From positions 192,001 through 256,000 of the forward strand of contig CAVYHV010000017.1 in the NCBI GenBank assembly GCA_963768425.1: a DNA stretch of 64,000 bases. The letters are read 5' to 3'. The number at the start of each line of letters is the position of its first letter. Positions within the stretch are counted from its first letter, which is position 1. Below the pieces are notes generated by a model that did not search any database, was not told the origin of the DNA, and was given only the letters and a program-made list of their open reading frames with translations. Shown piece by piece: positions 42,750 to 51,737 of the stretch. The translations under genes and the position numbers were made by a program. Source of the DNA: Candidatus Bathyarchaeota archaeon. Lineage in GTDB: Archaea; Thermoproteota; Bathyarchaeia; Bathyarchaeales; Bathycorpusculaceae.

Positions 42750-45392
42750 TTAAGACGGCTTAACAGCCGACGGTTTTTCAGTTTTCTTTTTGTTTGCGTA
42801 GCTAGCCGTGAATAGCGCGATGATGGCAACCGTGGCGATACCGACAACTCCTAGGACTAAGTCATGTCCAACTGCAACGTTGTTTGATGAAGTGGCGCTT
42901 GAAGGTTGCTCAGTGATGCCTTCGGTGAAGCAGTAAATGTTCCAGTCGTTGCATCCGATGTAAAGCATTCCGTTGGCAATTGCTGGCGATGACCAGCTGC
43001 TTGATGGACTGTAGCCTGTTGCGATTTTTTCACCGTTTTTGGTTGTGTCTAAGATGAGGATGTGGCGTTCGCTGGTTGCCATGTAGATTTTGCCATCAGC
43101 GTAGGATGGAGAAACGTATAGTTCGTCGCCTGTGTAGGCGCTCCAGAGTTCATGTCCGTTGGCTGCGTTGAGGCAGGCGATGTTGAATATGTCGAGTATG
43201 TAGAGGTTGCCGTTTTCGTAAATTGGGGAGGAAACGATGAATTCGGTGGCTCTGGTGTTGATGAAATCCCATACGAGCTCGCCGGTTTCAGCGTTAACGG
43301 CGTAGTATGCTCCGAAGTCTGAGGCTGCAAAAACCATGCCTGCTGCAACGCACGGGGATCCAAGCATCTCTGTGCCGCCGAGGAACGAGTGCATATAGGG
43401 AATAGTGAAGTTCCACGCCATGTTCCCAGTGGTAGCGTCCAGTTTGTATAGCATGCCTGCTGAGGGCAGCTGAGAAGTGAAGTAGACTGCGCCGTCTGAG
43501 TAGGCTGGAGAACACTCGATGGGTCCACCCGCAGGGGTTTTCCATACCACCGCACCTGTGTTTGCGTTAAGAGCATAAAGGTTCCCGTCCAAAGAGCCAA
43601 TGAACACTATACCGCCAGATACCACTGGCGACGATGTAAGCATCAGGTTCGCGTAGGTGAAGTGTAAGTTGCTGCCGACCGAGGTTTGCCAGTTCAATGC
43701 GCCAGTTTGAGCGTTGAGGCAGTAGAGGTAGCCATCGTCACTCTCAATGTAGAGCATCCCATCTGCAACTGCAGGAGAATCTTCAATTGAGCCGCCTGTG
43801 GCGTATTTCCAGACGAGTTTGCCGCTGTATGCGTCGAGGGCATAGACGTTTTTGTCCTGCGAACCAGCGTAGACTATCCCGTTCACGACAGCAGGCGAAG
43901 AGATAACTGAACCATCAGTGGTGAATTTCCAAGCTATCGTAAGGTTTGATGGACCTTGAGCGGCAGTGGAAGAGTGAGCTGGGTCAGCACGGAACATAGT
44001 CCAGTTACTTGCGGCTGAACTTATAATCGGCGTCAAAGCTGGAGTCGGCGTTGGCGTAGCTGCCGGGGTTGGGGTGTTTGAGGGAGTGGGTGCTTGGGCT
44101 GAGCCACCTATCGCCCATAGTTCATTATTCGTCGAGTACTCTGTACCCGATGTTGTGTCCACAGCCGCCGTTACGTTCCCTGGAATAATGTACAAGTTCC
44201 CATATGCTACAATCGCGGATTCGCGAGGAGCTAGCGCTTCAATAGGAAGCGTCCATATGGTTTGTCCGTTGTAAGCGTTAATACAAGCGTACTGAGAAAT
44301 CTGCGCAGGTCCGTTGTACGCTGCGTATTGGCCTGTCGTTACATATATTTTTCCGTCTGCAACAGTTGGCATTCCCGGCCACAGAAAGTCGTTGTCTGGG
44401 CTCTTATACTTCCAGATGAGTGCACCAGTTTTTTCATTTAGGGCGTAGAGGTAGCCGTCTTTGTTCATTTCGTAAACTGTGCCGTAAGCGATTGCTGGCC
44501 CCGTAGTGAAGTACCCGTCAGGATCTGAAGGAGGTGTGTAAGTCCATACGATTTTTCCAGTAAGCGCGTCGAAACAGTACATCGTGTTGTCATCTGTTCC
44601 GCCTCGGAAGAAGAGACCGTCCGAGTAGGCGCCGTCAAAAATCATGGGTCCTTTCGTGAGTGTATCCCAGATGATTTTTCCCGTCGTCGCGTTGAGCCCC
44701 AACTGCTGGTTTTCAAATGAACCCGCAAAGACCATGCCGTCACCGTAGGTTGTTCCGATGCCTGCTTGTCCTCCGCCTGGAATGTAGGTTGTCCAAGCCA
44801 CGGTCGGCGGTTTCGAGGGGTCAGCAAAGTTCCAAGCGACGATGTATGAGTTGGCTTTTACGTAGAACATTTTAGTTTCTGGGCTGTACACGTTGGAGGT
44901 GAAGATTCCTGTATCAGCGCAAAATGATGTGCTGGTCCACAGGATTTTGCCGGTGGATGGGTCAAGGCAGCTGCCTTCCGTAACCAAGTGGGAAGAATCT
45001 ATTTCATAGGCTATTGGCCAAGTCTTATTCAAAGGAATTACGGTGCTCCAAGCAATCTGGCCAGCCTGATTTACAGCAACCATTGAAGTGTTCGTGCCCA
45101 CGAATATGAGCCCATCGAAGGCTGCTAGGTCGGGTTGGATTCCTGGCACGTTAGTTTTCCAAAGTATGCTTGGCATGTTAGGTGCCGGTCCTGCTGAGAA
45201 GCGGGTAAATGATTCATCTCCCTGGAATTGGGGCCAATCATACTGATTCAAGTTTGTTGAAGTTGTGCCACTAGTCGACTGAGCCCTTGCATTCAGTTGG
45301 AGGGTTGATATTGAGGCGAAAAACGAGGAAACAAGAAGCAGACTTAGAATGGATATGACTAGGATTTTTTTGCGGATCAATAGCACCTCCAA
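42750..45392 (-). CDS. Secreted double PQQ-like beta-propeller surface protein
   Basis: Signal peptide; two propeller domains, each starting with a W..F.(G/A)D strand, joined by a PT linker; C-terminal TM. Confidence 0.88.
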   Translation of the reverse strand: MEVLLIRKKILVISILSLLLVSSFFASISTLQLNARAQSTSGTTSTNLNQYDWPQFQGDESFTRFSAGPAPNMPSILWKTNVPGIQPDLAAFDGLIFVGTNTSMVAVNQAGQIAWSTVIPLNKTWPIAYEIDSSHLVTEGSCLDPSTGKILWTSTSFCADTGIFTSNVYSPETKMFYVKANSYIVAWNFADPSKPPTVAWTTYIPGGGQAGIGTTYGDGMVFAGSFENQQLGLNATTGKIIWDTLTKGPMIFDGAYSDGLFFRGGTDDNTMYCFDALTGKIVWTYTPPSDPDGYFTTGPAIAYGTVYEMNKDGYLYALNEKTGALIWKYKSPDNDFLWPGMPTVADGKIYVTTGQYAAYNGPAQISQYACINAYNGQTIWTLPIEALAPRESAIVAYGNLYIIPGNVTAAVDTTSGTEYSTNNELWAIGGSAQAPTPSNTPTPAATPTPTPALTPIISSAASNWTMFRADPAHSSTAAQGPSNLTIAWKFTTDGSVISSPAVVNGIVYAGSQDKNVYALDAYSGKLVWKYATGGSIEDSPAVADGMLYIESDDGYLYCLNAQTGALNWQTSVGSNLHFTYANLMLTSSPVVSGGIVFIGSLDGNLYALNANTGAVVWKTPAGGPIECSPAYSDGAVYFTSQLPSAGMLYKLDATTGNMAWNFTIPYMHSFLGGTEMLGSPCVAAGMVFAASDFGAYYAVNAETGELVWDFINTRATEFIVSSPIYENGNLYILDIFNIACLNAANGHELWSAYTGDELYVSPSYADGKIYMATSERHILILDTTKNGEKIATGYSPSSSWSSPAIANGMLYIGCNDWNIYCFTEGITEQPSSATSSNNVAVGHDLVLGVVGIATVAIIALFTASYANKKKTEKPSAVKPS

Positions 45393-45606
45393 TTGTTAAT
45401 TACTTGCGCATCTCTGATTAAGAGGTTAACGCTTTGGCACACGTCTCTTTATGTTTGGTTTCACTATAAACTTTACGGAAACACCTTTGCTTGCATCTTT
45501 CCGCTGCAAAATTGCAGAAAAATGCTGTTTCAGCGAAAAATGCAAACTTGAGAGGTTACCGCACAATCTTTTTTAAGTTGAAACGAAACCTTAACTTAAA
45601 TAATGA

Positions 45607-46704
45607 ATGGGCGAGAGGGTGGATTTTGGCTTGACGAATAAGGGTCCTTTACTTATGACTTCTTGGAGGGCAACTGGCGCATGTAACGCCCGCTGCAGAT
45701 ACTGCAACGTTGACGCCACAGGCGCCAAAGCCCCCAGGGAACTCACAACTCAAGAAGCCTTCCACCTTGTGGATGAAGTGACAAAATTCGGCGTTCGCTG
45801 GTTCGGCATCAAAGGCGGCGAACCACTCACACGCCCAGACATCTTTGAAATCACCAAATACGCCAAAAGCAAAGGCCTCAACGTCTGTCTCCTCACCAAC
45901 GGCGCCTTCGTCGACGGCTCTATCTACGACAATCTGGTCAGAGACCAAATCTGGACCAGCGTCAGCATTGACGGACCAGAAGAAATCAACGATCAACTCC
46001 GAGGCAAAGGCAGCTACCGCAAGGCGTTAGCCGCCATCGATAAACTTAGCAAGGGCAAAATCCTCAACGGCTTAGCCTGCGCCATAACCACCATAAATTA
46101 CCAGCATCTCGACCACGTTTGCGAGTTGGCTGAGAAGTATCACGCGAACTTTGTCTGGTTCAACCACCTTGTCCCCAGCGGAAGAGCCAAGGAAATGGAG
46201 GACCTTACCCCCTCGCCCGAACAGTACGAGTGGGTACTTAACCATATTTGGGACCTCACCGAAAAATATGAGGGCAAATTCGAAATCCACGTCCACTGCC
46301 CCCACTTCGCCCGAGTCGTCAAAATGCGCGGCATCCCAAACTTCGATGAATGGTACGAACATAAGTTCCACGGCAAATGCACCTACTTCGCTTTCGGCGG
46401 CTACGTGTCCGTCACGGAGAACGGCGACCTCATCCCATGCTTCTACACCGATCTCACACCAACCGAACACCAGCGGCTAGGCAACATCCGAAACAAATCG
46501 TTGCAGGACGCCTGGAAAGAAGTTAAAGCCTCACCGTTCTACAGCAGCTTCCAAGACCGCAACCTACTCAAGGGCAAATGCGGAGTATGCGAGTACCGTG
46601 ACCTCTGCGGAGGATGCAGAAACCGCGCGTACGCTTATACAGGCGACATGTATGCTGAAGACCCCGCTTGCGCTTATATCCCTGAAAGCCTCCGTAAGAA
46701 GTAG
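45607..46704 (+). CDS. Radical SAM/SPASM protein (AhbC/AhbD/PqqE-like architecture)
   Basis: CNARCRYC, GGEPL, PSGRA, SPASM C...PC...CGVCEYRDLCGGCRNRA...DPAC. Confidence 0.92.
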   Translation: MGERVDFGLTNKGPLLMTSWRATGACNARCRYCNVDATGAKAPRELTTQEAFHLVDEVTKFGVRWFGIKGGEPLTRPDIFEITKYAKSKGLNVCLLTNGAFVDGSIYDNLVRDQIWTSVSIDGPEEINDQLRGKGSYRKALAAIDKLSKGKILNGLACAITTINYQHLDHVCELAEKYHANFVWFNHLVPSGRAKEMEDLTPSPEQYEWVLNHIWDLTEKYEGKFEIHVHCPHFARVVKMRGIPNFDEWYEHKFHGKCTYFAFGGYVSVTENGDLIPCFYTDLTPTEHQRLGNIRNKSLQDAWKEVKASPFYSSFQDRNLLKGKCGVCEYRDLCGGCRNRAYAYTGDMYAEDPACAYIPESLRKK

Positions 46705-46773
46705 CCCCGACTTTTCCCACATTTAAAAGAAAACCTCTTTATTCCATAAGACCCGAGTTAAATAGGAGCAGAA

Positions 46774-49050
46774 ATGAAAGCAGCAGCCTTTATTTTGACT
46801 GTGCTGTTTTTGGTTTGTGCCGTTTTGGGAAGCGCCGCTTCTGCAAGCCAACAAAGTCCCATTGCTTGGCCGATGTTTCATGGCGACCTCACCCATTCAG
46901 GCAGTTCCAACTCGGCGGCTCCGACGACGAATGCGACTTTGTGGAAATTCAATACGGGCGGGCAGGTGGATTCGCCAACGGTTGTCGGCGGAGTAGTTTA
47001 CGTGGGTTCGTTTGACCATAAAATCTACGCTTTCAACGCGTCAGATGGCTCAACCATTTGGAGTTACAAAACGGGCGGAGTAGTGATTTCCCGTCCCGCT
47101 GTCGTCAACGGCGTCGTCTACGTGGGTTCAGAAGACCACAACCTCTATGCCCTAAACGCCGCAACAGGCGCAAAACTTTGGAATTACACAACTGGATACT
47201 ACGTTGACTGCGATCCAGCTGTCGCCAACGGGATAGTTTACTTTGGGTCTGAAGACCACAACGTCTACGCCCTAAGCGCTGTTACAGGAACATACTTATG
47301 GAACTACACAACTGGAAACAAAATTATGTTGTCCTCACCAGCGGTGAGCAACGGAATAGTTTACATAGGATCAGAAGATGACAAAATCTACGCCTTGAAC
47401 GCCTATAACGGCAACTACATATGGAGTTATGCGACAGGCAACCAAGTCGTTTCTTCACCATCTTTAAGCGGCGGGGCAGTTTACATAGGTTCAGATGACG
47501 GCACAGTCTATGCTTTGGACGCGGTTAGCGGCAAACCGATTTGGAAATTTTCATCTGGTGCGGCAGTCTACTCATCACCTTACGTAAGTAATGGGATAGT
47601 TTACGTGGGTTCAACAAACAGCAAAGTGTATGCGCTGAACGCTTTAAACGGAAAGATTGTTTGGGATTTTATAACGGGCGGTGCAGTTGCTTCTTCCCCA
47701 ACATGCGTCGGAGGAACTGTTTACGTTGGGTCGGAAGATAGCAGGGTTTACGCTTTGAACGCTGCAAACGGAGGATTGCTTTGGAACTACACGACTGGCG
47801 ACATTGTGATTTCACATCCAGCTTTGGCGCAAGATCTGATTTATGTTGGCGGATGGGATGGCAAACTTTACGCTTTAAACGCTGCGGACGGCAAACTCGT
47901 TTGGAGCTTTGCAACTGGAGGGGAGATCGATTCGTCCCCGACTGTCTCCGGGGGTTTAGTGTATGTAGGTTCGCATGATGGCTCAGTATACGCTTTGAAT
48001 GCTTCCACGGGAATGGTTGGTTACAACTTGGAAATGCACAACAACGTTGTCTGGAGCTACACGACCCAAGGCATGATTCTGTTTTCATCTCCAGCGGTGG
48101 CCGACGGCATGGTTTTCGTGGGTTCCTACGATGATAACGTTTATGCATTAAACGCTACGACAGGTGCTTTCATTTGGAGCTTCAAAACTGGCGACCCCGT
48201 GGTTTCTTCGCCCGCCGTAGAAAAAGGCGTGGTCTACTTTGGCTCAGAAGATCACAAAGTCTATGCATTAAATGCTTCTAACGGCTCGTTGGTTTGGCAG
48301 TTCGCTACCCTCGGTCAGATAACCGTGTCTTCAGCTGCAATCAACGATGGCAAAGTTTACATCGGCTCTAACGATGGAAACGTCTACTGTTTGGATGCTT
48401 CAAATGGAGCTATAGTCTGGAAATATGCAACTGAGGGATACGTGGTTTCTTCCCCTGCGATCGCGAATGGTGTGCTTTACGTTGGTTCATACGACAATGA
48501 AATTTACGCCCTAAATGCATCAAGCGGGAAGCTTATTTGGAAATACGCCACAGGAGGCAGCATTGCATCGTCGCCTGCAATAGCAAACGGCTTAGTCATT
48601 GTAGGGTCAGGGGACAACAAGGTTTACGCGCTGGATGCATCCGACGGCAAACTCGTCTGGACCTATACAACTGGCGGGCAAGTTGCCTCTTCCCCAGCGG
48701 TGTCAAATGGAGTGGTCTACGTTGGCTCCTATGACGGCAATATTTACGCTCTTAACGCCAAGACAGGCGCATACATTTGGAGCTTTGCAACAGGGGAAAT
48801 GGTGGTTTCGTCACCCGCCATAGCCGACAACGCGGTTTACGTCGGCTCATATAATAACATGCTCTACGCGTTCGGTTCATCATCAACCGGTGCACCAACC
48901 AAATCGGAGACCTTGCAGCCAACAATTGTTTTGTTAGTTTTTGTGATAATAGTGATAATTCTCGCTTTAATCCTGCTGCAGGTAATCGGTCCTTTTAGAA
49001 AGAAGAAAAAGCGGCTTATTTTTCGACGAGTTCAGCTTTGGCTATGTTGA
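46774..49050 (+). CDS. Secreted PQQ-like repeat protein, 16 repeats of about 40 aa
   Basis: Repeats of W.(Y/F).TG..V.SSPAV.NG.VYVGS.D..VYALNA.TG; signal peptide and C-terminal TM. Confidence 0.92.
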   Translation: MKAAAFILTVLFLVCAVLGSAASASQQSPIAWPMFHGDLTHSGSSNSAAPTTNATLWKFNTGGQVDSPTVVGGVVYVGSFDHKIYAFNASDGSTIWSYKTGGVVISRPAVVNGVVYVGSEDHNLYALNAATGAKLWNYTTGYYVDCDPAVANGIVYFGSEDHNVYALSAVTGTYLWNYTTGNKIMLSSPAVSNGIVYIGSEDDKIYALNAYNGNYIWSYATGNQVVSSPSLSGGAVYIGSDDGTVYALDAVSGKPIWKFSSGAAVYSSPYVSNGIVYVGSTNSKVYALNALNGKIVWDFITGGAVASSPTCVGGTVYVGSEDSRVYALNAANGGLLWNYTTGDIVISHPALAQDLIYVGGWDGKLYALNAADGKLVWSFATGGEIDSSPTVSGGLVYVGSHDGSVYALNASTGMVGYNLEMHNNVVWSYTTQGMILFSSPAVADGMVFVGSYDDNVYALNATTGAFIWSFKTGDPVVSSPAVEKGVVYFGSEDHKVYALNASNGSLVWQFATLGQITVSSAAINDGKVYIGSNDGNVYCLDASNGAIVWKYATEGYVVSSPAIANGVLYVGSYDNEIYALNASSGKLIWKYATGGSIASSPAIANGLVIVGSGDNKVYALDASDGKLVWTYTTGGQVASSPAVSNGVVYVGSYDGNIYALNAKTGAYIWSFATGEMVVSSPAIADNAVYVGSYNNMLYAFGSSSTGAPTKSETLQPTIVLLVFVIIVIILALILLQVIGPFRKKKKRLIFRRVQLWLC

Positions 49051-49786
49051 GAACCGCGAATCCTTTCCTGTGGATCACGTTGCTCTTAAGCACTTTGAGG
49101 CGTTTCTTGAACAGCGGAGCGTCGTTGACAAGCGTGTGAAACTCGATGTTGCTTATGGCAGTGCCCGTTTCCTTGCTCTTGTTTCGAATTGCCTGCAAGA
49201 ATTCAGCGTCGACTTTTCGGCCCAACCATTCTTCGCCCAGAAAGTCAGTGTCCACGACAATGATTGTTGCTTCGTAGCCTTTTTGTGTGAAATCCGCCAG
49301 GTTCTGGTCTTCCCCCTTTCCTTTCAGCGGGAAAATCATTTTGACCTTTAGCTCTTCGCATATTGGAGTAAGCATAGACATGTGGACGGCGGCTTGGTCT
49401 TCTTCAGCGCCCCAAGCGATTCCTTCGACAGGAGGGTTTAGCTTGCTGATTGTTGCTTTGAATTGGTCCACAAACCCTGCCATGGAGATTTCGGGTTGAA
49501 CAAGTGGAAGACCCATTGCCTTTGCCTGCAACGCGATAATTTCAGGGTTGACTTCGTGTGGGACATCCTTGTAAGGCTTCATCTTTGACAGCTTCATTAG
49601 AACCGAACCCGCTAGGCTCTTGATCCTATTTGGTTTGGGTCGTTCGGCTTCTTTGAATACGAAGTTAATCAGCGAAGTAACGTCGTTTCCTTCTGAGATA
49701 GCGCCTTGACATGCAAGGTAGCTGTCTTTACCCCCAGTCCACATTGAGGCAACTCTCAAAATCTTCCCCGAAGAAGCGTCACCCAC
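49016..49786 (-). CDS. Dph6/DUF71 family ATP pyrophosphatase (paralog 3, divergent)
   Basis: WTGGKDS, QAKAMGLP, FPL, WLGR, EFHTLVNDAPLF; true start may be TTG at 49759. Confidence 0.85.
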   Translation of the reverse strand: MGDASSGKILRVASMWTGGKDSYLACQGAISEGNDVTSLINFVFKEAERPKPNRIKSLAGSVLMKLSKMKPYKDVPHEVNPEIIALQAKAMGLPLVQPEISMAGFVDQFKATISKLNPPVEGIAWGAEEDQAAVHMSMLTPICEELKVKMIFPLKGKGEDQNLADFTQKGYEATIIVVDTDFLGEEWLGRKVDAEFLQAIRNKSKETGTAISNIEFHTLVNDAPLFKKRLKVLKSNVIHRKGFAVLNIAKAELVEK

Positions 49787-49866
49787 ACCTTATAAAAATG
49801 TAACGGTTAACGTTAATCATAAGTTGAAAGCTTTAGCTAAACCTCATCGCGCCTGTATCAATCAAC

Positions 49867-49902
49867 TGTATATGCAAAGTGTATATGCAAAATGTATATG
49901 CA
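49867..49902. repeat. Three tandem copies of TGTATATGCA with 13-bp period
   Basis: tgtatatgcaaag-tgtatatgcaaaa-tgtatatgca. Confidence 0.85.
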
Positions 49903-49997
49903 TTGACCCGACCGGGTAGGCTTGTACACACAAGAGGTGACCCCCTACCTACCGGACCTAAGCGCCTAGTTTTTTTAAGGTGACTGGGTCATTTCGT

Positions 49998-50046
49998 TTT
50001 GACCAAAGTATGTGCAGGTTTTAGAATTTAATAGTCTTTGGTCAAA
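49998..50046. promoter_or_regulatory. 11-bp perfect inverted repeat, putative operator
   Basis: TTTGACCAAAG (49998-50008), 27-nt spacer containing TTTAATA, CTTTGGTCAAA (50036-50046). Confidence 0.5.
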
Positions 50047-50199
50047 GTGTCGTTGGAAAGCAGGTTAAGGTGCTCAGTTTTCTTTCTTTAACCTAACCCG
50101 CGCGTTTAGCAAAAGGTTAAAATCCAGAAAATAATATGCTTAAGAACTATATTCCAGTCAGAACGAAAATCATTCTATTAACGCAGCCAAACGTGTATC

Positions 50200-51607
50200 G
50201 TGATGAAAACAACTAAAACAAAGATAGCCCTCGTGAACACCCCGCTCCTTGAAGGAGCCGGCGACCACCCGCTTTTCCCACCTCTTGGCTTAGCATACAT
50301 GGCGGCTGTGCTGGAACAAAACGGCTTTGAAATAAAAGTTTTCGACTGCCCCATCTATGGGATAGACCATGAGAAGCTTAAGGCGGAGTTAAGCGTTTTC
50401 CAGCCGACCATAGTGGGAGTAGGCGCCATGACGCAAACGTTTGAGTCAGCTCTAAAGACCGCGTACGCTGCGAAGGAAGCTTGTCCCGACGCCAAAGTAG
50501 TGATGGGCGGACCACATGCGACGTTTCAAGACAAAGAAATCCTCTCTCAAGAAAAAGTAGTCGACATAATCGTGAGAGGCGAAGGCGAAGAAACCCTTCT
50601 GGAACTCGCGAAGCAACCTGAACTGCAAAACATCAGCGAGATTAAGGGCGTAACTTTCCGAAAGGACAACCAGATTGTCCAAACGCCAACCCGACCCTTC
50701 ATCCAAAACCTAGATGCTCTGCCACGCCCTGCATACAAGCAGATTCCGATCGAAAAATACCGAATCAACGGAAAAAGGATTCTTCCAGTAATTTCAAGCA
50801 GAGGATGCCCATTCCAATGCTCCTTCTGCGTTGCGTCCGAAATGTTCGGTCGAACGTTCCGCGCAAGAAGCCCAAACAATGTGCTTGACGAGATTGAATG
50901 GCTCAAAAACGAGTTTGGAGCGGAAGGAATACAGTTCCAAGATGACACGTTGACTTTCGACAAGAAAAGAGCCATCGACATCTGCGACGGAATGATTGCA
51001 AGAAAAATCAATCTGAAGTGGGGCTGCGGAACCAGAGCGGACGTGACCACCAAAGAGCTCTTAGCCAAGATGCATAAGGCTGGCTGCGAGGAAATCTGCT
51101 TCGGCGTCGAATCGGGATGCCAAAGAATCCGCGACTCTTTGAAGAAGAAGGTTACGACGGAGCAGTGCGTAAACGCCATCAAATGGGCTAAGGAAGCAGG
51201 CATATTCGTTACTGTATCCATTATCTTGGGTTACCCAGGGGAGACAAAGGAGACGCTCAAGGAAAGCTTGGATTTTGTCCGAAAAGTGGAGCCCGACAGC
51301 GTTTGGCTAAACATCCCAACACCTTACCCAGGAACGGAACTACGTGCCCTGGTGCAGAGTCACGGCTGGAAGATGACGGACGACTGGAACCGATACAACA
51401 CGATGAACCCCATTTTTGAAGACCCCGACCTGCCATCAGAAGTAGTAACCAAGGCTAGGCAGGACTTTTACAATCAATTCTATTCAGTAAAGTACTTCAT
51501 GCGTCAAGCAGTGAAAGGATACCTGCAAAGGCAGCGTATACAGTAAGATCATGGCTCGAACCGCAGCAAACTACATTCTTATGAGAACCAAAAGAAGCAA
51601 AGTCTAA
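50200..51607 (+). CDS. Cobalamin-binding radical SAM protein #8 (C-terminal frameshift at ~51527)
   Basis: PPLGLAY, GGPH, RGEGE, SRGCPFQCSFC, GVESG, TPYPGT; corrected tail GSVYSKIMARTAANY matches GDFHSQIMARMALNH of #7. Confidence 0.92.
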
Positions 51608-51737
51608 GGCGCTTGGTAACCAATAGCTTGCCGAATCAAATTGTGCTTTTTTCGGAGACCTACGGTGCACAAGCACTTTTTACATAACATTTATTATGTT
51701 ATCGAACCGTTTTAAAGGTAAAATCGAGGGGACTTGG

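Noticed and set aside
46774-49050. CRISPR-like or DNA-level repeat array
   Set aside because: The periodicity is a ~120-bp protein repeat with synonymous divergence, not identical repeats with spacers.
49872-49919. 15-codon ORF MQSVYAKCICIDPTG as a RiPP precursor
   Set aside because: It arises from the tandem repeat, has no RBS or leader features, and no RRE domain was seen in neighbouring enzymes.
49904-49991. Canonical cobalamin riboswitch or tRNA
   Set aside because: Lacks the B12-box and GGGAA consensus, and lacks the tRNA T-loop (GTTC) and D-loop; kept only as an unknown structured element.
50547-51221. 224-aa minus-strand ORF and similar antisense ORFs within other rSAM genes
   Set aside because: Recurrent antisense shadows caused by codon bias of the paralogous rSAM genes.
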